From Acidobacteriota bacterium (lineage in GTDB: Bacteria; Acidobacteriota; UBA6911; RPQK01; JAJDTT01), in contig CBDCJH010000002.1 in assembly GCA_965217775.1 (NCBI GenBank), positions 1,952,001 to 2,016,000 of the forward strand: a stretch of DNA of 64,000 nucleotides. Reading direction: 5' to 3'. How positions within the stretch are numbered: position 1 is the stretch's first letter; each line of letters starts with the position of its first letter. The notes under the pieces were generated by a model. It was not told the origin of the DNA and made no database searches. It worked only from the letters and a program-made list of their open reading frames with translations. This document shows, piece by piece, positions 50,857-59,822 of the stretch. The translations under genes and the position numbers were made by a program.

Positions 50857-51303
50857 TTAGAGTCCCCTCTGCCGAGGAAGCTCCCCTAATACGCCCAGAA
50901 TCATCTTTCCAGTCAAGCCGGCCTGAAACCATTCTCCATTCTTGCAGGCCCTATTGTATTCGCGGAAGGCGTCTCCTAGAGGGCCCGGCGGCGGGTCGGC
51001 GTCTTTAAGAACTTTCTGCATAACGTGGCGCTCCTCAGACGTGAACGACTTATAGAATGCGCGGATAATAATCGCCCCCGCAGTGCATAATGAGGATTCT
51101 ACGCCTATGATCTCCTTTCCGCTGAGATAAGATATTAATGCGCCGATTGCAACCACTTCAGGATTCGGAAGATTCGAAAAAATTTCATTCTTGAGTACTT
51201 CGCTGTCAAAACGGAATGATACCTCACGGACGATTCTGAGTTCGTGAGTTTCCAGGTTGATGACAGAATCTCTGGCCGACTTCCCTTCACACTCATAATC
51301 CAT
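50857..51303 (-). CDS. Hypothetical protein
   Basis: 148-aa lower-GC ORF with GAGGA RBS; no recognised motif. Confidence 0.6.
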   Translation of the reverse strand: MDYECEGKSARDSVINLETHELRIVREVSFRFDSEVLKNEIFSNLPNPEVVAIGALISYLSGKEIIGVESSLCTAGAIIIRAFYKSFTSEERHVMQKVLKDADPPPGPLGDAFREYNRACKNGEWFQAGLTGKMILGVLGELPRQRGL

Positions 51304-51460
51304 TGTTGATCCTCTAGTTGCGGTAAGCGTTTCGCTCCTGTTTTTCTCAAATGCGCCTTATAGGATGACTCTCTGCATAGAAAGTCGCCCCCGTTCTTCT
51401 TAGCCAGCCGCAGGCGATACTAGCGGCGGCGGTCGTAGATCTGATGGTGCAGGGGTGAGC

Positions 51461-51724
51461 ATGTCCGGCTAGGTACTGGACGTCCTCAGGCGGCAAGTTC
51501 TAGTGGTTATTTTTGCTCTGATTATTTTTCAAGGTTGGTACATTGTCTATAAGATGGAACGTCGACTTGACCAGGCGTCTAAAGGCCCCTCCCATCTGGG
51601 CGAGAGAGTTGCTCGGATCGAAGGAGTCTTGTCTCGTGGAACCGCGCGGCCCATCCACATATCTGAACAGCCAGATGACCCCAGCATTTTGAGTGTGCAA
51701 CAACATGCTGGGGAGTCCGAATGA
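51461..51724 (+). pseudogene. Small TM + coiled-coil protein with an in-frame stop at codon 4
   Basis: ATG TCC GGC TAG then VLVVIFALIIF...LGERVARIEGVL; may instead start at GTG 51503. Confidence 0.4.
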
Positions 51725-51825
51725 GCGCAGAGTTGGGGAGACTACTACGGAAGGGTGCTTGTAGCTCCCGGTGGTTCTAGTCTGCCGAACCTCTCGCGGC
51801 CGGCGATGTTTGCCCAGTTTGCGCC

Positions 51826-52806
51826 CTAGAAGGGGATCCGCTCGACGATGCTGCGGGTGACGCGCCGGCGCCGGCGGTCATAGAGCTGGGTGGTGGAGGG
51901 GTGGGAGTGCCCGACCAGGTGCTGGACCTCCTCGACGGGGACGTTCTGGGAGAGCAGGGCGGTGACGACCATGACGCGGAACGAGTGAGGCGTCAGGTTG
52001 TCGGGGAGCCCGGCGGCGGCGAGGCGGCGCTTGAGCATGGCCCGGACGGCGGCTTGGTTGACCTGCCGGCGGGTGAGGGATCCGCCTCGAAGCGCGCCGC
52101 GCCACAGTGGCGCTCCGGGCGGGTCTTCACCGATCCCGGACGCAGCCATGTACGCCTGGATCCACTCATCCAGATCGTCGCGCACGGGGATCTCGCGTTC
52201 CTTGCCGTTTTTCTCGCGGAAGCGAAAGAGCCGCCCCTCCTCGTGAGTCCGCAGGTCGCCGATCCGCAGCCGGCAAAGCGCCCCGATCCGGCAGCCGGTG
52301 GTGATCAGGGTGCCGAGCATGGCCCGGTCCCGAAGCCCCATGGGGGAATCGAGTTCGATGGCGGAGAAGAGCCGCCGCGCTTGCGACAGGCTGATCTCCG
52401 GCGTCTTGCCGTCGATGACCTGGTGCTGGATCCCCCGGACCGAGTGAAAGGGGTTCAACACGACGGCATGGCGGGTGACCAGGGCGTCGAAGAAATGTCT
52501 GAGCGCCGCGAGCGCCTGGTTCTTGGTCGCGGCCGACACAGGCAGATCCCGCAGGAAGCGTCCGGCCAGGCCGGGCGTCACATGGGCGAGCTCCACGTCC
52601 TCGCGCTCGCAAAACTCAAGAAACCATCCGACGGCCCGAGCGTAGGCCCGGCGGGTCTCGGGGTTCGAGATCCGGGCGGAGAAGAACTCGTCGGCCGCAA
52701 AGCAGGCCACGCGGCCGGCGCGGGCCAGCATCGGCGGGAACGCCTTCGCGGCGAGTTCCCCGCGGACGGGCTTGAGGGGGGCGAGGTCGGGCAGCGAGTC
52801 GTCCAT
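51826..52806 (-). CDS. Tyrosine recombinase/integrase (intact)
   Basis: RDRAML..TGCR, EKNGK, HSFR, GHS...TTQLY give the full R-K-H-R-H-Y set; start 52806 or 52812. Confidence 0.93.
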   Translation of the reverse strand: MDDSLPDLAPLKPVRGELAAKAFPPMLARAGRVACFAADEFFSARISNPETRRAYARAVGWFLEFCEREDVELAHVTPGLAGRFLRDLPVSAATKNQALAALRHFFDALVTRHAVVLNPFHSVRGIQHQVIDGKTPEISLSQARRLFSAIELDSPMGLRDRAMLGTLITTGCRIGALCRLRIGDLRTHEEGRLFRFREKNGKEREIPVRDDLDEWIQAYMAASGIGEDPPGAPLWRGALRGGSLTRRQVNQAAVRAMLKRRLAAAGLPDNLTPHSFRVMVVTALLSQNVPVEEVQHLVGHSHPSTTQLYDRRRRRVTRSIVERIPF

Positions 52807-52810
52807 AACC

Positions 52811-52838
52811 ATTTACGGTAACGTACTTTACCGGCAAT
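52811..52838. other. dif-like recombination site (11-6-11)
   Basis: ATTTACGGTAA-CGTACT-TTACCGGCAAT directly upstream of the recombinase. Confidence 0.6.
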
Positions 52839-52947
52839 AATTCAAGGCCGCCGACAACTTGGCTCGCAGCCGTAGAAGGCCCGTAGCGCTTCCGGGCCGA
52901 GCTCTCCAGCGCCAGGAGCCGGGCCGATTCCCTCCTCCAAGGATGAA

Positions 52948-53026
52948 TTCGGCCAATCCCGAGAAAAAAGACGCCCTCAGAGGGCGTGTGAGCTTGGCGC
53001 GTCCAGACTAAGGGTGAGGCATAGGC
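52948..53026. repeat. Diverged non-coding direct repeat, copy 2
   Basis: Matches 50427-50507. Confidence 0.7.
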
Positions 53027-53169
53027 CTCTGGCGCTTGCGGGCCGGGAACGCGCCGCACTCCGGGACCGCCTGGGACAGCTCGAAGGGCGCATGGCCCGC
53101 CTCAACGAGACATCGGACAAAACGATGGGCGATTCGCGGTCGGGTGCCCAGTCTTGTTCGCCCGACGCG

Positions 53170-53913
53170 CTACCTTCGAACTCCGCTCCGCCAGCTAACG
53201 TGATTGAGCCGGTGCTCGAAGTACCGGCGGAACACTTCGTTCTCGGGATACGCTGCCGGATCGGCCCAGATTGCCCCAAGGCGTCCCACCAATCCGGCAA
53301 TCCAATCCGCTGTCTGGAGGGTCTGATACCGGTAGCTTTCCAGATGGAACGGTGGCTCGATAAGACACCGGCGGCGTTCCGCCCTCGCATACATGCTCCG
53401 TGCCGCCTCGGTGATCAGGGCAGATCGTTGATCGTGTTCATCGAGAATCAGGACAAAATTCCCGGGCGGACTACAATCCTCTTCGCAAAATCCATCAATC
53501 CGCTTGATTGCCTCAAGAAATACCCGTGTGTAGAGCCTGTTCGAATTGTGCGCCCTCGGCGGCGCAGTCTTTTTGAGACCGATATAGAAGACGAATCCGC
53601 CGAGCGCTTCGATCTTGTTGAACAGCCGGTTGGTGAAATTCCTGAGTTCTGCGTACCGCGTCACGTTCTTGACCGTGTAGAGGCTCGCCCCCTTCTCTTC
53701 CCATAGGGCCGGATGTTTCCCCGACCGGTTGATCTCAAATTCGAGAAGCTCGCACTTGCGCCGGAAGAACCAGGTTCCGAACCCACGCACCACTTCGGAA
53801 GCGAGGACGAAGCCCGCCAGGCCAAACACTGGACTGTCCTTCTACCTTCGGTCTCGCCTGCTGACGTAGAGGCCGATATGCCCGAATTCATCAAGGTAGG
53901 CGAAGTACGTCAC
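53170..53913 (-). pseudogene. DUF3800 protein with premature TAG at codon 24
   Basis: YFAYLDEFGHIG...*KDSPVFGLAG; C-terminal ESYRYQTLQTADWIAG; stop at 53842-53844. Confidence 0.82.
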
Positions 53914-53938
53914 CGACGGGGTCTCCGGAAACACGAAA

Positions 53939-53958
53939 GCCCGTGCCGGAGCACGGGC
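53939..53958 (-). terminator. Hairpin plus short U-tract just upstream of DUF3800
   Basis: Minus strand GCCCGTGC-TCCG-GCACGGGC followed by TTTCGTGTTT. Confidence 0.5.
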
Positions 53959-54069
53959 CTCGGAGAGAGAGCAAGACAAGCTTGCATCTCATAAACAACT
54001 ATGCCGCTTCAAAGTTGATCTGTCGAGAATGGTGGGAAGCGGACCCCTTCTCTGAGAAACAACTCTTTA

Positions 54070-55405
54070 AGCCCCCTCTTCACCTTGCGGAGGCCCCGGA
54101 CGCTGAACCGACGAAATTCCAATACCTCTTTGATCCACCCGTGCGGCGCTTCCGAGATTCATTTGCGCCGAGCGTAGGTGGCCCGACCCGTCTCTGTTGC
54201 CTGTTTCTGCGCCATCCGCCATGTCGCCGGAGCCGTCTCCGGATCTCCCCTCTTGGTCGGGGTCTTCCCCTCTCGGCCCAGCGCCACATACCCGTCAATG
54301 CCCCGTGCCTCCAACTCCGCCAAGTCCCGCTCGTTGCCGTAGTCCGAGTCCGCCAACACCGGCTCCGGCTGTTGTCCGTACCTCGCCTTCACCGCGTCCA
54401 ACTGGGAGATCACCTGGCCTTGATCACTGGCGTGTGCCGTCACCTGCGTCGAGACGATCAGCTGATTCGCTCCGTCCACCGTCACCTGCGCGTTGTAGCC
54501 CTGCCGGAACCCTTCTGCGCTGGTGTGCATGATCCCGCTCTCCGGGTCCGTGAAGTTGCTCTGCGCCTTCGGGTCCGGTTCCCCATAGGCCCGCTTGTAG
54601 GGTCACCCTCTCTTCGGCCTCCGATCCGGTCCCGGTTTCCGTCCCCGGGCCCGATCCGCCGCTCGTTGGGCCGCCTCCAATCGCGCCTTGGCCGCCCGGA
54701 TCGCCGCCAGTCGACCCTTCCGAGTTCGCAACTCTTCCGGAATCTCGTCCCCACGCCGATCCTTCCCGTAGCGGGCGTCTTCCTCCGCGTCGATCTCGTC
54801 CGCTCGTCGCAGCCACTCCCCGATCTCCGCGTCCAGACACCCTTGTTCCCGATTCATCCGGCGGTAGGTCATCGCATTGCGCTTGCTCGCATTCGCCCGC
54901 ACCTTCGTGCCGTCGATCGACAACGTCCGTAACTTCGCCAACCCCAGCTCTCGCGCCAGTCCCACCACCTCCACGAACAGCTTCCGGAAGTCCTCCAAGT
55001 GCCGGCGACGAAACTCGCTCATGGTCCGATGCGCCGGAAAGTTCCCCGCCGTCAGCATCCGAAACGCCACATCCTCCTCCAGCTTTTTCGCGATCCCTCG
55101 AGAAGAGAACACTCCAGTCGCGTACCCGTAGATCAGAAGCTGCGTGATCATCCGTGGCTCATACGGGGCATTGCGCCGGCCGTCCCCTTCGTAGGGAGCG
55201 CAAAAAAGCCGTCAGGTCCAGTCCGTCCACCAGATCGCTCACGTGGTAGGTCATATGGCCCTCCGGCGACCAGTCCCCCAGGTCCGGCGGCAACAGCAGC
55301 TTCTGTTTCGGGTGGTAGGGGCGAAACGTCGTTGGCATCCGGCACCTCCGCCGCCTATTCTCCCATGAGGGTCGGACCCCTGTTTGCTGCGGCGCCGACT
55401 ACTAG
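54070..55405 (-). mobile_element. Decayed IS1182-family element (transposase pseudogene from 55338)
   Basis: MPTTFRPY, YGYATGVFSSR, IDGTKVRANASK, NFTDPES, GYNAQ, LADSDY spread over several frames; 3' end lost; probable left end at CTAG 55402-55405. Confidence 0.88.
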
Positions 55406-56946
55406 CCCGACGGTCCTTGTTTCTGAGTCCACACGGTCAGATTCGTCAGATCCCGGGCCGTGCCCTTCTTCGGAAGCCAGCTGATCAGGTATCCCAGTCC
55501 CAACAACGCCAGATTGGCCAGGACGATGATCCAGAAGCGGTCGGGAAAGATCCCGGCCAGCGCCGGCCACAGACGGCTACCCGTCTCGCTGCCCACGAAG
55601 ACCCAGAGACAGACGCCGGCCACGACGCAGACCGTGGCCGCGGCGGCCGATCGGCTGTCCACCCGCCGAGTCAGGAACCCCAGCAGGAAGAGCCCCAGCA
55701 GACCTCCACTGAGAATGGACATGAGGAGGCTCTGGAGGTCCATGAGGGTCTCGGTCCGGGTGAGGTAGATGGTCAGCGCCGCCCCGATCATGACCGCACC
55801 GAAGACCACCGAGAGCCAGCGTCCGACCCTGACGTAGTGCGCCTCCTCCCGGTCCGGCGCGAACAGCCGCCGGTAGAAGTCGGTCGTCACGGTGGCGGCG
55901 GACGCATTGATGCTGGAGTCGAGCGTGGACATGGCAGCCGCCAGCAGACCCGAGACGATCAGCCCGGCCAGGCCGGCGGGCATCTGGGTGAGGATGAAGA
56001 AGGGGAAGACCTGCTCGGGCGCCAGACCGGACAGCTCCGGAGTCGGGAAATGATTGTAGAAGACGTAGAGGGCGGTCCCCACGAAGGTGAAATAGAGCCA
56101 GACGGAAACCGCGGAAAAGGCGCCCAGGATGACCCCTTTTCGGGCTTCCCGGTCCGTCTTCATGGCGGAGTAACGTTGGACCGTCATCTGGTCGGTGCTC
56201 ATGACCTGGAGGAAGAGGAAGAAGTACAACAGAGTCGTGACCCAGAGCGTCTTCTCGTCCCAGGAAAAATGGGTGCTTCCGACGGAAAACTTCCCGGCCG
56301 AGTACGCCTCGGTCAGGATCTGTTCCAACCCTCCGGGAAGGAGCGTGGCCACCACCGGCACGCACAGGAGTCCTCCTCCCACCAGGGCCACCCCTTGGAG
56401 CACATCGGTCCAGATCACCGCCTCCAGCCCCCCCGCCGTGGTGTAGAAGGCCACCAGGACGCCGAAGACCACGATGATGAGAGGAATCGGAAAACCGCTG
56501 AGGGTCTCGATGGCCAGGGAGACGGCGTAGAGGATGACGCCCAGCCGAAACACCTGGAAGAGGATGAAGCCGGCGCCGGCGTAGAGCCGGGCCCAGGTCC
56601 CGAAACGGCGTTCCAGATAGGCGTAGGCCGAGGCGAACCGGCCGGCTCGAAAGAAGGGCATGAACAGAAACAACGCCGCCAGATTGGCGATCAGATAGGT
56701 CATGTGGCCGGGGATGTAACGCCAGTCCTCCTGGAAGGCGAACCCGGGCATGGCCAGGAAGGTCATGGAGCTGATGATGGTGGACATCAGGGAGATCCCC
56801 ACCACCCAACCCGGCATCTTGCGGCCGGCCAGGAAGTAGGCCTCCGACGATTTGCTCCTGCGGGAGGTGTAGATCCCGATGGCGACCATGGCCCCCAGAT
56901 TCAGGCAGATCACCAGAAAATCGGGCCATCTCAGATAGTGCAGCAT
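55402..56946 (-). CDS. Sodium:solute symporter
   Basis: YFLAGR, SAYAYLERRFG, GGLEAVIWTD, DQMTVQRY, AAAMSTLDS. Confidence 0.93.
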   Translation of the reverse strand: MLHYLRWPDFLVICLNLGAMVAIGIYTSRRSKSSEAYFLAGRKMPGWVVGISLMSTIISSMTFLAMPGFAFQEDWRYIPGHMTYLIANLAALFLFMPFFRAGRFASAYAYLERRFGTWARLYAGAGFILFQVFRLGVILYAVSLAIETLSGFPIPLIIVVFGVLVAFYTTAGGLEAVIWTDVLQGVALVGGGLLCVPVVATLLPGGLEQILTEAYSAGKFSVGSTHFSWDEKTLWVTTLLYFFLFLQVMSTDQMTVQRYSAMKTDREARKGVILGAFSAVSVWLYFTFVGTALYVFYNHFPTPELSGLAPEQVFPFFILTQMPAGLAGLIVSGLLAAAMSTLDSSINASAATVTTDFYRRLFAPDREEAHYVRVGRWLSVVFGAVMIGAALTIYLTRTETLMDLQSLLMSILSGGLLGLFLLGFLTRRVDSRSAAAATVCVVAGVCLWVFVGSETGSRLWPALAGIFPDRFWIIVLANLALLGLGYLISWLPKKGTARDLTNLTVWTQKQGPSG

Positions 56947-57228
56947 CGAGTGGATTTCTCCAGGAGAAGTCGGAACTCTACCGAAAACATGGCCTCAGGC
57001 CAAGTCATCACGAATCCCGTTCGCGGTCCTTTGCGGCGGGCCTCACTACGTCGGGAGACTACTTCAACGCCGGAACTGCGGTATCATGGCGGCCGCAAAA
57101 TGGATCATTTGAGTTGGACATAGACAGTGGTTGGACACGATCCCCATCACTGACGGCCTGACGGAAACGATGCCGGGGCGTCGGCCCACCTGACGTTTGT
57201 TCTTGAAGACATAAGCCCACAGCGAGTC

Positions 57229-58185
57229 ATGGACATGGATGCTTTCCGAGAATTCTTGAACCAGCACGACGAACCGGCATGGGACGACGTACTGGCGGAC
57301 CTGGATCCCTCACTTCATCCCGTGGACCGGGAGTCGACTCGAATCTGGTTCGGCTTCTGGCCACTGAAGCTCCGGCGGCTCCTCCGGGAGTCGACGGACG
57401 AGGCGGCAACGGCACAGGAGTATCTCCTGGACGGCCGCTACCGGCTGGAGCACCAGTTGGACGAGTCCGTCGACTTCCTGTACGGATCGATCTATTGGGA
57501 CCGGGTCAAGGAGGCTCTCCTTCAACGGATGGAATCGGCCTCCGACCGGAACCTGGAGAGCCTCGCGAGCGAGATACGCAGGTTGGCGGGCGGCCTGGCG
57601 GCCCAACTCAAGGTGGAGAAATCCCTCCTGCTGGGGATCTCGGCGGTGGCCTTCATGGCGTTCCAGCAGGTGGGAGCGCAACCCTTCAGGAACGGTTCCG
57701 GATCCGGAACGCCGCGTTCCAAGCGGCCCGCGCCCAAGAAGATTCTCAAATACCGATCTCGCAAAACGAGTCAAGGGCTCTTCGGCTTTCTCCGAACCGT
57801 CAACCGCAAGTTCACGGTCCGCTTCGACGAATCCAAGCGGGACGCGACCTTCTCCTGCATCGAAGGACAGGATCTGTCCTCCGCTTCCGCCGGAGATGAA
57901 CGGGACTATCAGACCCGGGACCACCGGTGCATTGCCGGACCGATCCCCGCCGAATGCCGGGTGGCCTCGTGCGGGTACTGCTGGATCGGCATCCTGAACG
58001 GCCGGGAAAACATCATCGAGTTGAGCGAACACGAGCGCCGGCGCCTGAATTACTTCGGGTACCTCGACTCCTCCTCCCACGACGAGACCCATCCCGTCAT
58101 CCGGCTGGCGTGCCAATCCAAGTGCTACGGTGACGTGACGGTGGTGGTTCCGCCCTGGAACGGGAGCCTGGACGGACGCCGTTGA
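57229..58185 (+). CDS. Protein with C-terminal 2Fe-2S ferredoxin-type domain
   Basis: ECRVASCGYC...RLACQ (CX4CX2C...C). Confidence 0.8.
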   Translation: MDMDAFREFLNQHDEPAWDDVLADLDPSLHPVDRESTRIWFGFWPLKLRRLLRESTDEAATAQEYLLDGRYRLEHQLDESVDFLYGSIYWDRVKEALLQRMESASDRNLESLASEIRRLAGGLAAQLKVEKSLLLGISAVAFMAFQQVGAQPFRNGSGSGTPRSKRPAPKKILKYRSRKTSQGLFGFLRTVNRKFTVRFDESKRDATFSCIEGQDLSSASAGDERDYQTRDHRCIAGPIPAECRVASCGYCWIGILNGRENIIELSEHERRRLNYFGYLDSSSHDETHPVIRLACQSKCYGDVTVVVPPWNGSLDGRR

Positions 58186-58252
58186 TCCGGGACGGGCAGG
58201 ACTTCCGTCTTCAATCGGAACCTCACTTCCAAGAAAAACATGGCAGCGCCCT

Positions 58253-58280
58253 GGGCGGGGACATTCCTGTCCTCCTCTTC
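58253..58280 (+). repeat. REP-like palindrome family 1
   Basis: GGGCGGGGACATTCCTGTCCTCCTCTTC. Confidence 0.65.
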
Positions 58281-58316
58281 GCCACCGGCCCCGAATCGGC
58301 GACTGGAGAGGCTCAG

Positions 58317-59822
58317 CTATGCAGCATCTCCCGACGACTCCAGTTCCTGGGCGATCCCTTGGAACGCCTCCAAGGCGGCCTGCAGGTCTTCCACGATCTC
58401 GGCAGCCAGCACTTCCGGCTCCGGGAGATTCTCACTGTCCGCCAGAGCCCTGTCCCTGATCCACAGGAGATCCAGGTTCAGCTTGTCCCGCTTGGCCAGT
58501 TCGTCGTACTCGAACGCCCTCCAGCGGCCGCCCTCGTTGTCCGGGCTCCACGTCGGATCTCTCAAGTGGCGCTCGCCCGGCCGGTAGCAGGCCACGAAGT
58601 CGTCAAGATCCGCTCGACGGAGCGGCTTCAATTTGAGCGTGAAGTGCCTGTTCGTCCGCAGGTCGTAGACCCAGAGCCGCTCCGTCCAGGGCTTCTCGCG
58701 CGCGGGCCTGGCGTCGAAGAACAGGACGTTCGCCTTCACGCCCTGGGCGTAGAAGATCCCGGTCGGGAGGCGGAGGAGGGTGTGCACGTCGAATGCTTGG
58801 AGCAGGTTGCGCCTCACGGTCTCGCCTGCGCCACCCTCGAACAGGACGTTGTCCGGCACGACAATGGCGCAGGCGCCGTGCATCCTGAGCAGCGTCTTCA
58901 CGTGCTGGAGGAAGTTCAGTTGCTTGTTCTTGGTGCCGGTCCAGAAGTCCTGTCGCTCGTAGGCGTGGGACTCCGCCTCCAGTTTGCCCTCCTCGTTCAC
59001 GATTCGGACGCTGCTCTTCTTGCCGAACGGGGGGTTGGTGAGCACCATCGAGAAGCGCTCGCCGGGATCGTTGGCCAGGCTGTCGACTCCCGACCGGATC
59101 GGGGACTCGTCCGGGCCGATCCCGTGCAGGTAGAGGTTCATGAGGCAGAGTCGGGCGGTCGCTGGCACGATCTCCCAACCCCGCACGAAGTCCTGCTGTA
59201 GATGGCGCTTCCGGTCGGGATCCAAGCTGCTGCCGTGCTCTCGGACCACGTAGTCATGGGCGGCCAGGAGGAATCCGCCGGTCCCGCAGGCGGGATCGCA
59301 GACCGTGTCGTCGGGACCCGGCCGCACGCAGTCCACGATGGCCTTGATCAGTTCGCGGGGCGTGAAGTACTGGCCCGCGCCCTTCGGCGACTCCTGGGCC
59401 GACTTGGCCAGCAGGCCCTCGTAGATGTCCCCCTTCACGTCCGCGCGCATCGACATCCAGTCCTCGGGGTCGATCAGGTCGACGATCAGGCGCTTCAGCG
59501 TGGCCGGATTCTGGATCTCCTGACGGGCCTTCTTGAAGATCTCCCCCAGCATCCCTCTCTGTCTGGGAAGCTCCGTCAGGATGCGCCGGTAGTGGGCCTC
59601 CAACTCCTCGCCGTCGCGGGCGAGCAGGCTCGGCCAGTCGAATCCGGCCGGCACGATGGGCGGGCGATTCCAAGGCGGTTGGGTCCGCTGATCGGCCATC
59701 TTCAGGAACAGCAGGAACGTGATCTGCTCCGTGTAGGCCATGTACGAAAGGCCGTCGTCGCGAAGCAGGTGCGCGAAGCTCCACGCCTTGTTGACGACTT
59801 GGCGGGTGTGGTCAACCGCCAA
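58317..59822 (-). CDS. hsdM: Type I R-M methyltransferase (N6-adenine)
   Basis: GQYFTPR, DPACGTGGFL, NPPFG, LRLPTGIFY. Confidence 0.93.
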   Translation of the reverse strand: MAVDHTRQVVNKAWSFAHLLRDDGLSYMAYTEQITFLLFLKMADQRTQPPWNRPPIVPAGFDWPSLLARDGEELEAHYRRILTELPRQRGMLGEIFKKARQEIQNPATLKRLIVDLIDPEDWMSMRADVKGDIYEGLLAKSAQESPKGAGQYFTPRELIKAIVDCVRPGPDDTVCDPACGTGGFLLAAHDYVVREHGSSLDPDRKRHLQQDFVRGWEIVPATARLCLMNLYLHGIGPDESPIRSGVDSLANDPGERFSMVLTNPPFGKKSSVRIVNEEGKLEAESHAYERQDFWTGTKNKQLNFLQHVKTLLRMHGACAIVVPDNVLFEGGAGETVRRNLLQAFDVHTLLRLPTGIFYAQGVKANVLFFDARPAREKPWTERLWVYDLRTNRHFTLKLKPLRRADLDDFVACYRPGERHLRDPTWSPDNEGGRWRAFEYDELAKRDKLNLDLLWIRDRALADSENLPEPEVLAAEIVEDLQAALEAFQGIAQELESSGDAA

